NCBI GenBank assembly: GCA_041659045.1
Contig: JBAZZB010000004.1
Coordinates: forward strand, 28,129-92,128
Source of the DNA: Patescibacteria group bacterium
Lineage (GTDB): Bacteria > Patescibacteriota > Patescibacteriia > SG8-24 > DYFX01
Direction of reading: 5' to 3'
DNA: 64,000 bases
The notes under the pieces are model-generated. The model did no database searches, was not told the DNA's origin, and saw only the letters and a program-made list of their open reading frames with translations. Position 1 is the stretch's first letter, and every line of letters begins with the position of its first letter. A program made the translations under genes and the position numbers. Of the stretch, positions 26,162-34,798 are shown in pieces.

Positions 26162-26272
26162 ACAACGATATTGTTCATCCCCTGAGGGCACTTTGCCCTC
26201 ATTTTTTTTACGGGGTACAATGGGGAAAGAAATTCACAGCCTGCTACAGGCGTTAACTATTTTCGTGGAGGT

Positions 26273-26734
26273 ATGTTCAAGAATGAACGGGACGTGGCCG
26301 CGGCAAACGAAACCGAAACCGTCATCGCGCCGTCCGTGCGCGTCGAAGGCGACTTCGTCAGCGAAGGTAACGTGCGCATTGAGGGCATGGTGACCGGTTC
26401 GATTGCTACGGAGCGCGACCTGATCGTCGGCGAAGCCGCCAAGATCACCGCGAACGTCCAGGCCCGCAACGGCACCATTGCCGGCGAGCTCCATGGCAAC
26501 CTCCGCGTCTTCGATCGCCTCGAACTTTCCTCGACCGCTCGCGTCTACGGTGACATCCAGGCGAAAGTCTTGTCGGTCGCTCCGGGCGCCGTCATGCGCG
26601 GACAGCTTGTGATCGGCATGGACGTCCAGCCGGTGAACAAGAAAGAAGAAATCATGGAAGAGCGGGCAGAAGGCGCAATGCGCCCCGTGCGCTCGGCTCG
26701 CGAGAAGAAGATCGAGGAAATCCTCCAGCAATAA
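26273..26734 (+). CDS. Bactofilin (polymer-forming cytoskeletal protein)
   Basis: ETVIAPSVRVEGDF...VRIEG...ITANV...IAGELHGNL...VYGDI beta-helix repeats. Confidence 0.9.
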   Translation: MFKNERDVAAANETETVIAPSVRVEGDFVSEGNVRIEGMVTGSIATERDLIVGEAAKITANVQARNGTIAGELHGNLRVFDRLELSSTARVYGDIQAKVLSVAPGAVMRGQLVIGMDVQPVNKKEEIMEERAEGAMRPVRSAREKKIEEILQQ

Positions 26735-26749
26735 TCAGCAGACAGCAGG

Positions 26750-27529
26750 ATGTACGCCTACGTCTACGACAGCTTCGTCACCGACAAGCGTCACGAGCGC
26801 GTCCTTTCGCGCGTCGAGACGCGTTTGACGGACCTCGGCATCAGCGGGCGCATCGAGCGCCTGACGATGTTCAAGAACATCGGCGAGATCGTGGCGGACG
26901 CTGCGGAGCAAGGTTGCGAAACGATTGTTGCCGTCGGTAACGACGAAACGATCGGCCGCCTGATCGACGCGGTGGGAGAGCACGAGATGGCCTTCGGCGT
27001 CATTCCGATCGGCGACGGACCGCACAACATCGCTAGTCTTCTCGGCGTCGAGGAAGGTGTCGAAGCCTGTAATATCCTGTCTCGCCGCGTGCTCCACACG
27101 GTCGACCTCGGACGCATCAACGGACACTATTTCCTGTCCTCGGTGCGCATCCCGCGCACGCGCGCCGCGATCTCTTGCAACGGCCAGTACAGCGTCATTC
27201 CGACGGAAGACAACGAGGTACAGGTCTGCAACCTCGCACCGATGACGATGACGGCGGAAGGGGAGCAGACGATCAGTTCTCCGCGCGACGGTTTTCTCGA
27301 AACGGTTTTCCAGCCGTCGCCGCGTCGCGGGTTCTTCTCAAACCTCTTCCGCAAAGTCGAGGCACCCGTCGCGCCGACCATCGTCCCGGTCCGCAAACTC
27401 ACGGTGCGCCACACGCAACCCGTTACCGTCATTCGCGACGGCCAACGTCTCTCATCGAGCGTTCTCGATATTGAGATCCTCCCGGACCGGTTGAAAGTCA
27501 TCACAGGCAAGACGAGAAAATTTGAATGA
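26750..27529 (+). CDS. Diacylglycerol kinase-family (DAGK_cat-like) protein
   Basis: IVAVGNDET, GVIPIG...NIA..LG, VDLGRING.YF. Confidence 0.8.
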   Translation: MYAYVYDSFVTDKRHERVLSRVETRLTDLGISGRIERLTMFKNIGEIVADAAEQGCETIVAVGNDETIGRLIDAVGEHEMAFGVIPIGDGPHNIASLLGVEEGVEACNILSRRVLHTVDLGRINGHYFLSSVRIPRTRAAISCNGQYSVIPTEDNEVQVCNLAPMTMTAEGEQTISSPRDGFLETVFQPSPRRGFFSNLFRKVEAPVAPTIVPVRKLTVRHTQPVTVIRDGQRLSSSVLDIEILPDRLKVITGKTRKFE

Positions 27530-27530
27530 C

Positions 27531-27559
27531 AAAAGACCCAGGTATTACCTGGGTCTTTT
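27531..27559. terminator. Bidirectional terminator
   Basis: AAAAGACCCAGGTA-T-TACCTGGGTCTTTT inverted repeat. Confidence 0.8.
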
Positions 27560-27560
27560 G

Positions 27561-27647
27561 TGGTGCGGTCGGAGAGACTTGAACTCTCAAGCCCTTGCGG
27601 GCGCTACCACCTCAAGGTAGTGCGTCTGCCAATTTCGCCACGACCGC
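27561..27647 (-). tRNA. tRNA-Leu, anticodon GAG
   Basis: Reverse complement GCGGTCGTGGCGAAATTGGCAGACGCA-CTACC-TTGAGGT-GGTAG, long variable arm, GTTCAAGTC, CCA. Confidence 0.97.
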
Positions 27648-27825
27648 TCTCTTGGGAACGGGGGTACTATATGCCGCCCCGGCAGCTTTGGCAAGGCCAC
27701 CCTCTAATCTTGACAAAACAGCCTTTTTATGCTATATTTTCCAGTCATGTTGGACCCTCTTTCAGGGCAGCTGGCGCTTACGGCAGGAAACAGCCACCAC
27801 CTTCTCCTCAGACCTGGAGGTCGTC

Positions 27826-28329
27826 ATGTCTCTCGATCACCCGCTCGTTTGCGTCGGCCCTGACATCACCGTGACCGTCGGAGACGGTATCACGGCTCGA
27901 CAGATCCAGCTCATGCTGCGCCGCATCTACCATGGTGGCGTCAACTGCTACGGCTGGACACCGGAGGAACTCCCCTTCAGGGACAAGTCGATCAAGTTCG
28001 TTCGTTGCATCCGTCACGGGTTCGCGGCTTCCCTGAACCGGCCGATGGCCTCCGAGGTGATGAAGCACTTGCGGGACGCCGTCGAACCCATGACCTACGA
28101 GATCGGTTTGCGCTGGTTCCTGACCGCGCCTGGCTTGCACGTGTCCAGCCTCGGCGGTCTTCCGATCTACGTCCTGCCGAAAGTGCCCATTGTCAAGGAC
28201 GGCAAGCCGTACGCGCTAGTCTTCAAGCGCGGACCCGAGACACCCATCATCTGCCTCGTGGCGATCGATCCGGAACAGGAGTTTCCGCACGGTGACTTCC
28301 TGTACCCGTTGTGGCTCGACATGGACTAG
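27826..28329 (+). CDS. Hypothetical protein
   Basis: GGAGG SD; promoter TTGACA(27710)-N17-TATATT. Confidence 0.7.
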   Translation: MSLDHPLVCVGPDITVTVGDGITARQIQLMLRRIYHGGVNCYGWTPEELPFRDKSIKFVRCIRHGFAASLNRPMASEVMKHLRDAVEPMTYEIGLRWFLTAPGLHVSSLGGLPIYVLPKVPIVKDGKPYALVFKRGPETPIICLVAIDPEQEFPHGDFLYPLWLDMD

Positions 28330-28461
28330 ATCGATCGTCACGACCGCTCGCGCATCCGCGCGGCAAAGAGCGCCACTCGCTCCTGCCGTCCGGGTGCGCT
28401 CTTTGTTTTCAAAAATTTTGAAAATCAAAACGTCCCTTGCGGGACGTTTTGAGAGTGCCAT

Positions 28462-28725
28462 TTACTGGCGCTCCGGGCGAGGCTGGGCTTCGTTCAGGGC
28501 GACGGGACGACCGACAATTTCCTTGCCGTTCATCTCAGCGATCGCCGCGGCGGCCTCCTCAGCGGAGGACATCTCGACGAAGCCGAAACCGCGCTTGCGG
28601 CCGGTCATACGGTCGACCGGGATGAACACGGAAACGACCGTACCGAACGGGCTGAAGGCTGCCTTGAGGTCATCCTCGGTGGCCTGAAAAGACAGGCTGC
28701 CGACGAAGATTTTGGCGCTGGCCAT
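28462..28725 (-). CDS. RRM-domain RNA-binding protein
   Basis: RNP2 IFVGSL, RNP1 RGFGFVEM, LNEAQPR; terminator at 28425-28452. Confidence 0.93.
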   Translation of the reverse strand: MASAKIFVGSLSFQATEDDLKAAFSPFGTVVSVFIPVDRMTGRKRGFGFVEMSSAEEAAAAIAEMNGKEIVGRPVALNEAQPRPERQ

Positions 28726-29021
28726 ACTTGCGTTGGGCTTAGCGGGTGAGTTACAAAGGTTCGTAAACCTTTCACTCGTCTTTCGCACTGCGAGCTGGGT
28801 ATGGCTATCGCCGACCTCGTTCCTCGTGCTACGTACGCGTGTAAGGATAAGGTACACGAACCGGGGTAATTTGTCAATGAAAGCACCCTTGCCTGTCAAA
28901 CGCTCTGCAGGTAGGCTGAGGTAGCCCGTAACATCCGAGCCGCAGGCGAGGAAGAGGAGCGGCCGACAAGCGAGAGGGAGCGCAGAACCGCGCGACCGGC
29001 AGCTTGTCGGGTAAGCGACGA

Positions 29022-29101
29022 GGGCGCTTAGCTCAGTTGGTTAGAGCGACTCGCCCGGCATACGCCGGGCGCCCCGCGCATGCGGGGCGTTTACACCGAG
29101 T
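29022..29101 (+). pseudogene. 5' half copy of tRNA-Val(TAC) interrupted by two 18-bp hairpin insertions
   Basis: 32 nt + 12 nt identical to tRNA at 29372, separated by 36 nt (29054-29089). Confidence 0.9.
29054..29089. repeat. Two tandem 16-nt palindromes, each followed by CG
   Basis: CCCGGCATACGCCGGG-CG and CCCCGCGCATGCGGGG-CG inserted after ACTCG. Confidence 0.85.
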
Positions 29102-29136
29102 TGACAGAAAGTGGTGGTTTCCGTTCGACTCGCCTC

Positions 29137-29394
29137 ATGCATTATGTTTATGTGCTATGGAGCAAGAAGGATGGACGACGCTACGTCGGTTCCACCTCCG
29201 ATTTGCGAAGAAGATTTCGTGAACACACACTTGGTCGTGTTACCTCGACGAGACATCGACGCCCTCTCACACTACTTTGTTACGAAGCCTATCAGTCAAA
29301 GAATATTGCGTGTGCGAGAGAGCGGTATCTAAAAAGCAGCGACGGTCACAAGGATTTAAATAGGAGGTTTGGGGCGCTTAGCTCAGTTGGTTAG
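29137..29394 (+). CDS. Small stand-alone GIY-YIG nuclease
   Basis: YVYVL...RYVGST.DL.RR..EH...ST..RRP...EAY.....A..RE.YLK; last codons and TAG lie inside the tRNA. Confidence 0.92.
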   Translation: MHYVYVLWSKKDGRRYVGSTSDLRRRFREHTLGRVTSTRHRRPLTLLCYEAYQSKNIACARERYLKSSDGHKDLNRRFGALSSVG

Positions 29395-29448
29395 AGCGAC
29401 TCGTTTACACCGAGTAGGTCGTGGGTTCGAATCCTACAGCGCCCACCA
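29372..29448 (+). tRNA. tRNA-Val, anticodon TAC
   Basis: GGGCGCTTAGCTCAGTTGGTTAGAGCG-ACTCG-TTTACAC-CGAGT-AGGTCGTGGGTTCGAATCCTACAGCGCCCACCA. Confidence 0.97.
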
Positions 29449-29474
29449 AAGAAAAAATGACACAGATGGATTTG

Positions 29475-29511
29475 CCCCGCGCATGCCGGGCGAATCCTAC
29501 AGCGCCCACCA
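29475..29511 (+). repeat. Third hairpin copy plus duplicated tRNA-Val 3' end
   Basis: CCCCGCGCATGCCGGG followed by CGAATCCTACAGCGCCCACCA (21 nt identical to tRNA 3' end). Confidence 0.88.
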
Positions 29512-29688
29512 AAAGACGGTCCGAGAGGGTCGTTTTTTGTTTTGTGAAGCATCTTGACGTGACTCATCTTTTTTGCTACTTTATCTCGTCGTCGAGAGAT
29601 CGGCGCTTTCGGGGCAAACGTGCTCCGAATCGGCAAGGCGGGCGGTTCGTTTTGCCGAAAACCCAAAACCGCAACGTTGGAGGCTACG

Positions 29689-30534
29689 ATGGGTTACACC
29701 CTGGAGCAGACGGTGATCGAGATGGGGCAGGAGCAGAAGCGCCTGATCCCGGTCGAGGACGGCAAGTGGGTCGTGCCGCATGTCGGCACCGGCCACTCGT
29801 CCGATGAGGAGTGGGATGACGATCACACGCCCGTGTCCAGCGAGCGCACCACGCTCGACTACACGGTCATCGGGCCTGAGCCGGCCCGGCACGTGCTCAA
29901 CCGTGTCGGTTGGAACAACCACTACCACGGTGGGAAGAGCTCCCGCAGCTCGTGCAGCAACGCCCTCATCGGCGACCAGCCGTTCGGAGCGATCCTCACC
30001 GAGAAGGAGAACGGTCGCGAGCGCTTCGGCATGCTCTTCGTCTGCGCTCGCCAGGTCCACAAGGGTGAGCTCGGGCAGCGTCCGGTGATCAACCGTCCGC
30101 GGTTCGCGCGTGAAGCTCCTGTGAGCGATGCGGTCATGTCGACGCGAACGGATCGCCCGATCCCTCGGCGCGATCGTCGTCGCGGTCATGTCGGCTGGGC
30201 CCGCCTGGCGGATGTCGCCGCGCTGCTCGGCATGGACACGAAGGAGCTCGTCCTTCGGTACGTGCGCTTCGCCCACGCGGAGCACGCCATTCTCGACGTG
30301 CGCTTCGTGGAGGGCTTCGATGAGATCCACCGCAAGCCGGCGCGTGCGCCCGAGCGCTTCAGCGCGTACGCGCTCGAGAAGCTCTTCGCGCGCGATCTGA
30401 GCACGGCCTGGATCCGCAAAGGCTTCGCCTGCACGGCGCTGTACCTGCACCACCTCGGGCACATTCCGGAGCCGCACGTGAACGCGCCGCCGCGCGTGGA
30501 GATCCACAGCGACGCGGTTGCCGTCAGCCAGTAG
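29689..30534 (+). CDS. Hypothetical protein
   Basis: GGAGG SD; promoter TTGACG(29554)-N17-TACTTT; high GC3 coding pattern. Confidence 0.72.
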   Translation: MGYTLEQTVIEMGQEQKRLIPVEDGKWVVPHVGTGHSSDEEWDDDHTPVSSERTTLDYTVIGPEPARHVLNRVGWNNHYHGGKSSRSSCSNALIGDQPFGAILTEKENGRERFGMLFVCARQVHKGELGQRPVINRPRFAREAPVSDAVMSTRTDRPIPRRDRRRGHVGWARLADVAALLGMDTKELVLRYVRFAHAEHAILDVRFVEGFDEIHRKPARAPERFSAYALEKLFARDLSTAWIRKGFACTALYLHHLGHIPEPHVNAPPRVEIHSDAVAVSQ

Positions 30535-30598
30535 TCTACTCGCCTCGTGAACCTCATCGTTCACGGGGCCTTTTCTTTTTATGGTATACTTTCACTAT

Positions 30599-30859
30599 AT
30601 GATTGGACGTATTCTTGGAGGATTAGCAGGTGCGGCGGTTGGCTTCGTTATGGTTTGGAAGTCGAACTTCTTCGCCGAAACCTTCGGCTCGCTTTCGAGT
30701 TGGGCCGACACGCATCTTGGTGGTATGCGCATGGTCTACAAGATGATCGGTCTTTTGATGATCTTCATCTCGTTCCTCGTTATCACGAATCTGCACTTCA
30801 TCTTCTTCCGCGCCGTTTTCGGAAGCCTGTTCGGAATTCCGGACGAAGCGACGCTTTAG
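30599..30859 (+). CDS. Small two-TM hypothetical protein
   Basis: FG...WAD.HLGG.R..YK.IG pattern; TATACT 8 nt before ATG. Confidence 0.75.
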   Translation: MIGRILGGLAGAAVGFVMVWKSNFFAETFGSLSSWADTHLGGMRMVYKMIGLLMIFISFLVITNLHFIFFRAVFGSLFGIPDEATL

Positions 30860-30860
30860 T

Positions 30861-31412
30861 ATGAACTACCTGCCGACCGGCCGAGCACTCATCGATCCGT
30901 TCAACGCCTTGGCGAAGGCGGGTATTCGCGAAGAGATGCGCGTAGCGGATTTCGGCGTCGGCACGGTTGGTCATTTCCTTTTTCCGGCCGCGAAGCTCGT
31001 TGGCGCGAAAGGGCATGTGTATGGTGTCGACATTTTGAAGTCGGTGATCCAGGCCAACCAGAGCCGTATGAGGAGCGCAGGTTTCGATAACGTCGAGCTC
31101 GTCTGGGGTAACTTCGAACGACCAATGGGTTCGCGTCTCCCCGATGCCTCGATGGACATGGTGCTCATGGTGAACGTCCTGCACGTCGTCGATAAACTAC
31201 CAGCGTTGCAAGAGGCGAAGCGCGTGCTGCATACGGGAGGTATTCTGCTCATCGTCGAGTGGAACCCAGCGGGCGCCGCGCTCGGACCCGCACCTGAGAA
31301 GCGACTTTCAAAGGAGCAAACTTCAGCACTGGGTGCGCAGGCTGGGTATACGGCAACCGGACAATTCGAAGCCGGTCCCCATCACTACGGCGTGGTCCTC
31401 AAAAAACCCTGA
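30861..31412 (+). CDS. Class I SAM-dependent methyltransferase-like protein
   Basis: VADFGVGTVG, VYGVDI, RVLHTGGILLIVEW. Confidence 0.85.
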   Translation: MNYLPTGRALIDPFNALAKAGIREEMRVADFGVGTVGHFLFPAAKLVGAKGHVYGVDILKSVIQANQSRMRSAGFDNVELVWGNFERPMGSRLPDASMDMVLMVNVLHVVDKLPALQEAKRVLHTGGILLIVEWNPAGAALGPAPEKRLSKEQTSALGAQAGYTATGQFEAGPHHYGVVLKKP

Positions 31413-31479
31413 GCTGCCGCCCACTTGCGTGAACGGCGGCTCTTTGTTTACTCTTTGAACGTAAACGACAATCCCAACT

Positions 31480-31881
31480 ATGCTTCTCCTCTCCTGGTCG
31501 TACTGGTTCAGCCTCCAAGCCCGCGAACTCATGCCGAACGTAAAGCTCGCGCTTCTCGTTCTCTTCGGTGCTCTTGTGGTGTTTGGCCTCGTTGCCGCGC
31601 GCCTCGCTAAGAAGAAGTCCAGCTCGATGCTTGTCGTCGAAGGTGGCAAGCGCTTCGCCTCGTTCGGTCTCTGGATGGGCATCACGGGCCTCATGCTCGT
31701 GTTCTTCACTCACGAGCTCATCTACTTCTTTGCCGCGCGCTTCTGGTATCTCGTCTGGCTCATCGCCGCCGTTTGGTGGCTCATCGCGATCGTCCGTTTC
31801 CTCCTGGTCGTCGTACCGGGGCAGTCGGCGAATCTTGCCGAGAAGGCACGCATCGATAAATGGCTGCCGAAAGGAAAGTAA
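31480..31881 (+). CDS. Hypothetical three-TM membrane protein
   Basis: 133 aa, three hydrophobic segments, C-terminal KWLPK. Confidence 0.75.
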   Translation: MLLLSWSYWFSLQARELMPNVKLALLVLFGALVVFGLVAARLAKKKSSSMLVVEGGKRFASFGLWMGITGLMLVFFTHELIYFFAARFWYLVWLIAAVWWLIAIVRFLLVVVPGQSANLAEKARIDKWLPKGK

Positions 31882-32222
31882 TCGGCAATCACGGAGAAGA
31901 CCTCGCGGCCGCTTTTCTGCGCTCGCGAGGTTTTCGTATTTTGGAGCGACAAGCGCGGGTGTCGAGAATAGGGGAAATCGATCTTGTCGCGCTTGATGGC
32001 GAAACGCTTGTCTTTGTTGAAGTGAAAACGCGCCACGATGTTTCGTTCGGTTCGCCGGAAGAAGCGGTGACGGCGTCAAAACTCCGCACGCTCGCGGCGT
32101 GTGCGGAGAGCTGGCGTGGCGCGAAGGGGTGGACGGCGCGTCCTTACCGCATTGATGTCATCGCGGTCGACCTCGTCGGCGACAAACCGGTCATTCGGCA
32201 TCTTGAAAGCGTCGGCGGTTGA
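31860..32222 (+). CDS. yraN: YraN (UPF0102) family endonuclease-like protein
   Basis: G..GED.A..FL, GEIDLVA, LVFVEVKTR, RIDVIAV. Confidence 0.92.
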   Translation: MAAERKVIGNHGEDLAAAFLRSRGFRILERQARVSRIGEIDLVALDGETLVFVEVKTRHDVSFGSPEEAVTASKLRTLAACAESWRGAKGWTARPYRIDVIAVDLVGDKPVIRHLESVGG

Positions 32223-32304
32223 CGCCGTGCCCGCAATCTGCTATGCTTCGACCGTTATATGCCAGCCTTTAAAAGAGGTTGGCATTCTTCATACCCAACA
32301 TTTT

Positions 32305-33588
32305 ATGTCCAGCCCCATTGTTCAAGCGATCCAGCAGATTTGCGAGGAGAAGAATATTCCGTACGAGGTCGTGATGGAAACCATCGAGGCTGCTCTTGCG
32401 GCTGCTTTCCGCAAAGACTTCGGTAATAAGAATCAGAACCTCAAAGTCGAGTTTGATCCGGAGACGATGAAAATCCGCGTCTTCGATGAGAAACTTGTCG
32501 TCGAGGATCAAGAGCTTCCGACGGAGGAAGAGCTCGCGGCGCTTGAAGCTGCACAGGCGCAAGGCGCCATCGAAGAGCCTCAGCTCGACGAGAACGGCAA
32601 TCCGATCAAGCGCTTCAACCCGAAGCTCGAGATCATGATTTCCGAAGCGAAGAAGATCAAGCCTGATGCCGACATGAACGAAACGCTTCGTATGGAACTC
32701 GACGTTCCGGGCGAATTCGGACGCATGGCCGCGCAAACCGCGAAGCAAGTCATCATCCAGAAGCTTCGCGAAGCCGAACGCGAAAACGTCTTCGGCGAAT
32801 TCAAGGGACGCGAAGGCGAAATCGTAAACGGTATCGTCTCTCGCAAGGAAGGCCGCCTCGTGCTGGTCGACCTCGGCCGCGTCATGGCCACCATGCCGCC
32901 GGAAGAGCAGATCCCGAGCGAAAACTACGCCTCCGGCGCGCGTCTCAAGGTGTATGTCAGCTCGGTTACGATGACGACTCGTGGACCGATGGTGATCGTT
33001 AGCCGCGCCCACTCGGACATTGTCCGCAAACTCTTCTCGACGGAAATTCCGGAAGTCGCTTCCGGCGCAGTGCAGATCCACTCGGTCGCCCGCGAAGCCG
33101 GTTCGCGCTCGAAAGTCGCTGTTTCTTCGGAAGACGCGAACATCGATCCGATCGGTTCTTGCATCGGCCAGCGCGGCACGCGTATCCAGACGATCATCAG
33201 CGAACTCGGCGGCACGGAAAAAGTCGACGTCATCTTGTTTGACGAAGACGCCGCTGTCTTCATCGGCAAGGCTTTGGCGCCCGCGAAGGTGAAGCACGTC
33301 GACCTCGACGAGTCGAACCGTATCGCCACGGTGCGTGCCGACGCCGATCAACTTTCACTCGCGATCGGTAAGGGCGGACAGAACGTTCGTCTCGCCTCGC
33401 GTCTCACGGGCTGGAAGATCAACGTCATGGACGCGAACGAGAACGCGGTCGTCGCCACGGCAGAAGAGACGACAGACGTGCCATCCGAAGCTCCGGCGAA
33501 AGAAGACGTCATCACCGAAGAGGTGACCGAAGAAATGGATTCGCTCGCGAAGGGGACGGAGGTTCCGTCCGACGAGAAAGGCGAGTAG
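32305..33588 (+). CDS. nusA: Transcription termination factor NusA
   Basis: FGRMAAQTAKQVIIQKLREAER, AREAGSRSKVAV, LAIGKGGQNVRLA. Confidence 0.97.
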   Translation: MSSPIVQAIQQICEEKNIPYEVVMETIEAALAAAFRKDFGNKNQNLKVEFDPETMKIRVFDEKLVVEDQELPTEEELAALEAAQAQGAIEEPQLDENGNPIKRFNPKLEIMISEAKKIKPDADMNETLRMELDVPGEFGRMAAQTAKQVIIQKLREAERENVFGEFKGREGEIVNGIVSRKEGRLVLVDLGRVMATMPPEEQIPSENYASGARLKVYVSSVTMTTRGPMVIVSRAHSDIVRKLFSTEIPEVASGAVQIHSVAREAGSRSKVAVSSEDANIDPIGSCIGQRGTRIQTIISELGGTEKVDVILFDEDAAVFIGKALAPAKVKHVDLDESNRIATVRADADQLSLAIGKGGQNVRLASRLTGWKINVMDANENAVVATAEETTDVPSEAPAKEDVITEEVTEEMDSLAKGTEVPSDEKGE

Positions 33589-33614
33589 AATACCGGCATA
33601 CGTAACCAACATTC

Positions 33615-34322
33615 ATGCTTGCGATCTATCACGCGGTGCTGTACCAGCCGATCCTGAACTTGCTCGTCGGCTTGTACAATGTGCTCTTCAGCGATTTCGG
33701 CTTGGCGATTCTGGCGCTCACGATACTTGTCCGCGGACTGCTTTGGCCGCTCACGCACAAGTCGCTCGCCAACCAGAAGGCGATGCTCGATATCCAACCC
33801 AAGATCAAGGAGATCCAAGCGAAGTACAAGGACAACAAGGAAGAGCAGGCCAAGGCGATGATGGCCGTGTACGCGGAGCATAAGGTCAGTCCGTTCTCCT
33901 CGTGCCTCCCGCTTCTGGTACAGCTCCCGCTGTTCATCGCGCTCTATCAGGTGTTGTCGGCCGGATTGAAATCGGAAAACCTAAACGCGCTCTACGCTTT
34001 CGTACCGAATCCCGGCACGATCTCGACGATGTCGCTCGGTTTCCTTGACCTCTCTCACCGCAGCATCGTGCTTGCACTTCTCGCCGCCGGCGCGCAGTTC
34101 GTCCAAGCGAAGATGATGAGCCGCAAGGACCCCGCCGTGCACAAGGACGAGAGCAAGGATGAAGATACGATGGCGATCATGAACAAGCAGATGCTGTACA
34201 TGATGCCGGCTATGACACTCTTCATCGGTTGGAACCTGCCGGCCGGCCTCACGCTCTACTGGCTGCTCACCAACCTGGCGATGATTCTCCAGCAGAAACT
34301 CGCCTTCGGGAAGAAGCCGTAA
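33615..34322 (+). CDS. yidC: Membrane protein insertase YidC/Oxa1 family
   Basis: GLAILALTILVR..LWPL, IQPKIKEIQ, SCLPLLVQLP, PAGLTLYW. Confidence 0.95.
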   Translation: MLAIYHAVLYQPILNLLVGLYNVLFSDFGLAILALTILVRGLLWPLTHKSLANQKAMLDIQPKIKEIQAKYKDNKEEQAKAMMAVYAEHKVSPFSSCLPLLVQLPLFIALYQVLSAGLKSENLNALYAFVPNPGTISTMSLGFLDLSHRSIVLALLAAGAQFVQAKMMSRKDPAVHKDESKDEDTMAIMNKQMLYMMPAMTLFIGWNLPAGLTLYWLLTNLAMILQQKLAFGKKP

Positions 34323-34426
34323 AATCCCTCGATCTGCTTGGGCTTCGCTCGCTCAGCGTTCCGGCGTCCCGATGCGGACGCCTCACGCCTTCGCTTGCCC
34401 CAGCCCGGCGCATCTCGAGGAATTTT
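34321..34426. repeat. Intergenic nested inverted-repeat element
   Basis: Outer arms AAAATCCCTCGA / TCGAGGAATTTT and inner GGCGTCC-CGATGC-GGACGCC. Confidence 0.5.
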
Positions 34427-34504
34427 CCGGCTTCATATGAGTGACTAAGCCCACTGGAACAAACAACGCTTTCCGGCTATGCTGAAAGCGTTGTTTTGTA
34501 TTGT

Positions 34505-34798
34505 ATGGCTGTCCTTGAAGAGAAAAAAATCCTGAAATTGCCGGTTGAAACCAAGAGCGGCACCAAACTCGGCCGCGTGCTCGGTTTTGACGTCGATGTC
34601 GATAATCAATCGATCCTGCGTTGGCGCGTGCGGCCGAACGGCCTGACCTCGCGCATGCTTTCTCATCCGCTTATTGTTTCGCGCGAGCAGGTGCTTTCGA
34701 TTGACGAAGAAAAAATGATCGTCGACGATAACGTCGAAAAGGAAATGGAATTGGCGAAGGCGAAAGCCATTGGCCTCGTCTCAAACGTCAAAGCATGA
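34505..34798 (+). CDS. PRC-barrel domain protein
   Basis: LPVETKSGTKLGRVLGFDVD...LIV..EQVLSI. Confidence 0.8.
   Translation: MAVLEEKKILKLPVETKSGTKLGRVLGFDVDVDNQSILRWRVRPNGLTSRMLSHPLIVSREQVLSIDEEKMIVDDNVEKEMELAKAKAIGLVSNVKA

Noticed and set aside
27560-27874. ORFs overlapping tRNA-Leu and the extended 27595 start
   Set aside because: They read through the antisense tRNA; the promoter and SD support a start at 27826.
28950-29010. SAH riboswitch (GAGGAGCG motif)
   Set aside because: Only a short match; the rest of the consensus and a relevant downstream gene are absent.
29022-29448. Group I intron with homing endonuclease inside tRNA-Val
   Set aside because: An uninterrupted tRNA is present, the 5' half is duplicated rather than split, and there is no room or motif for a ribozyme core.
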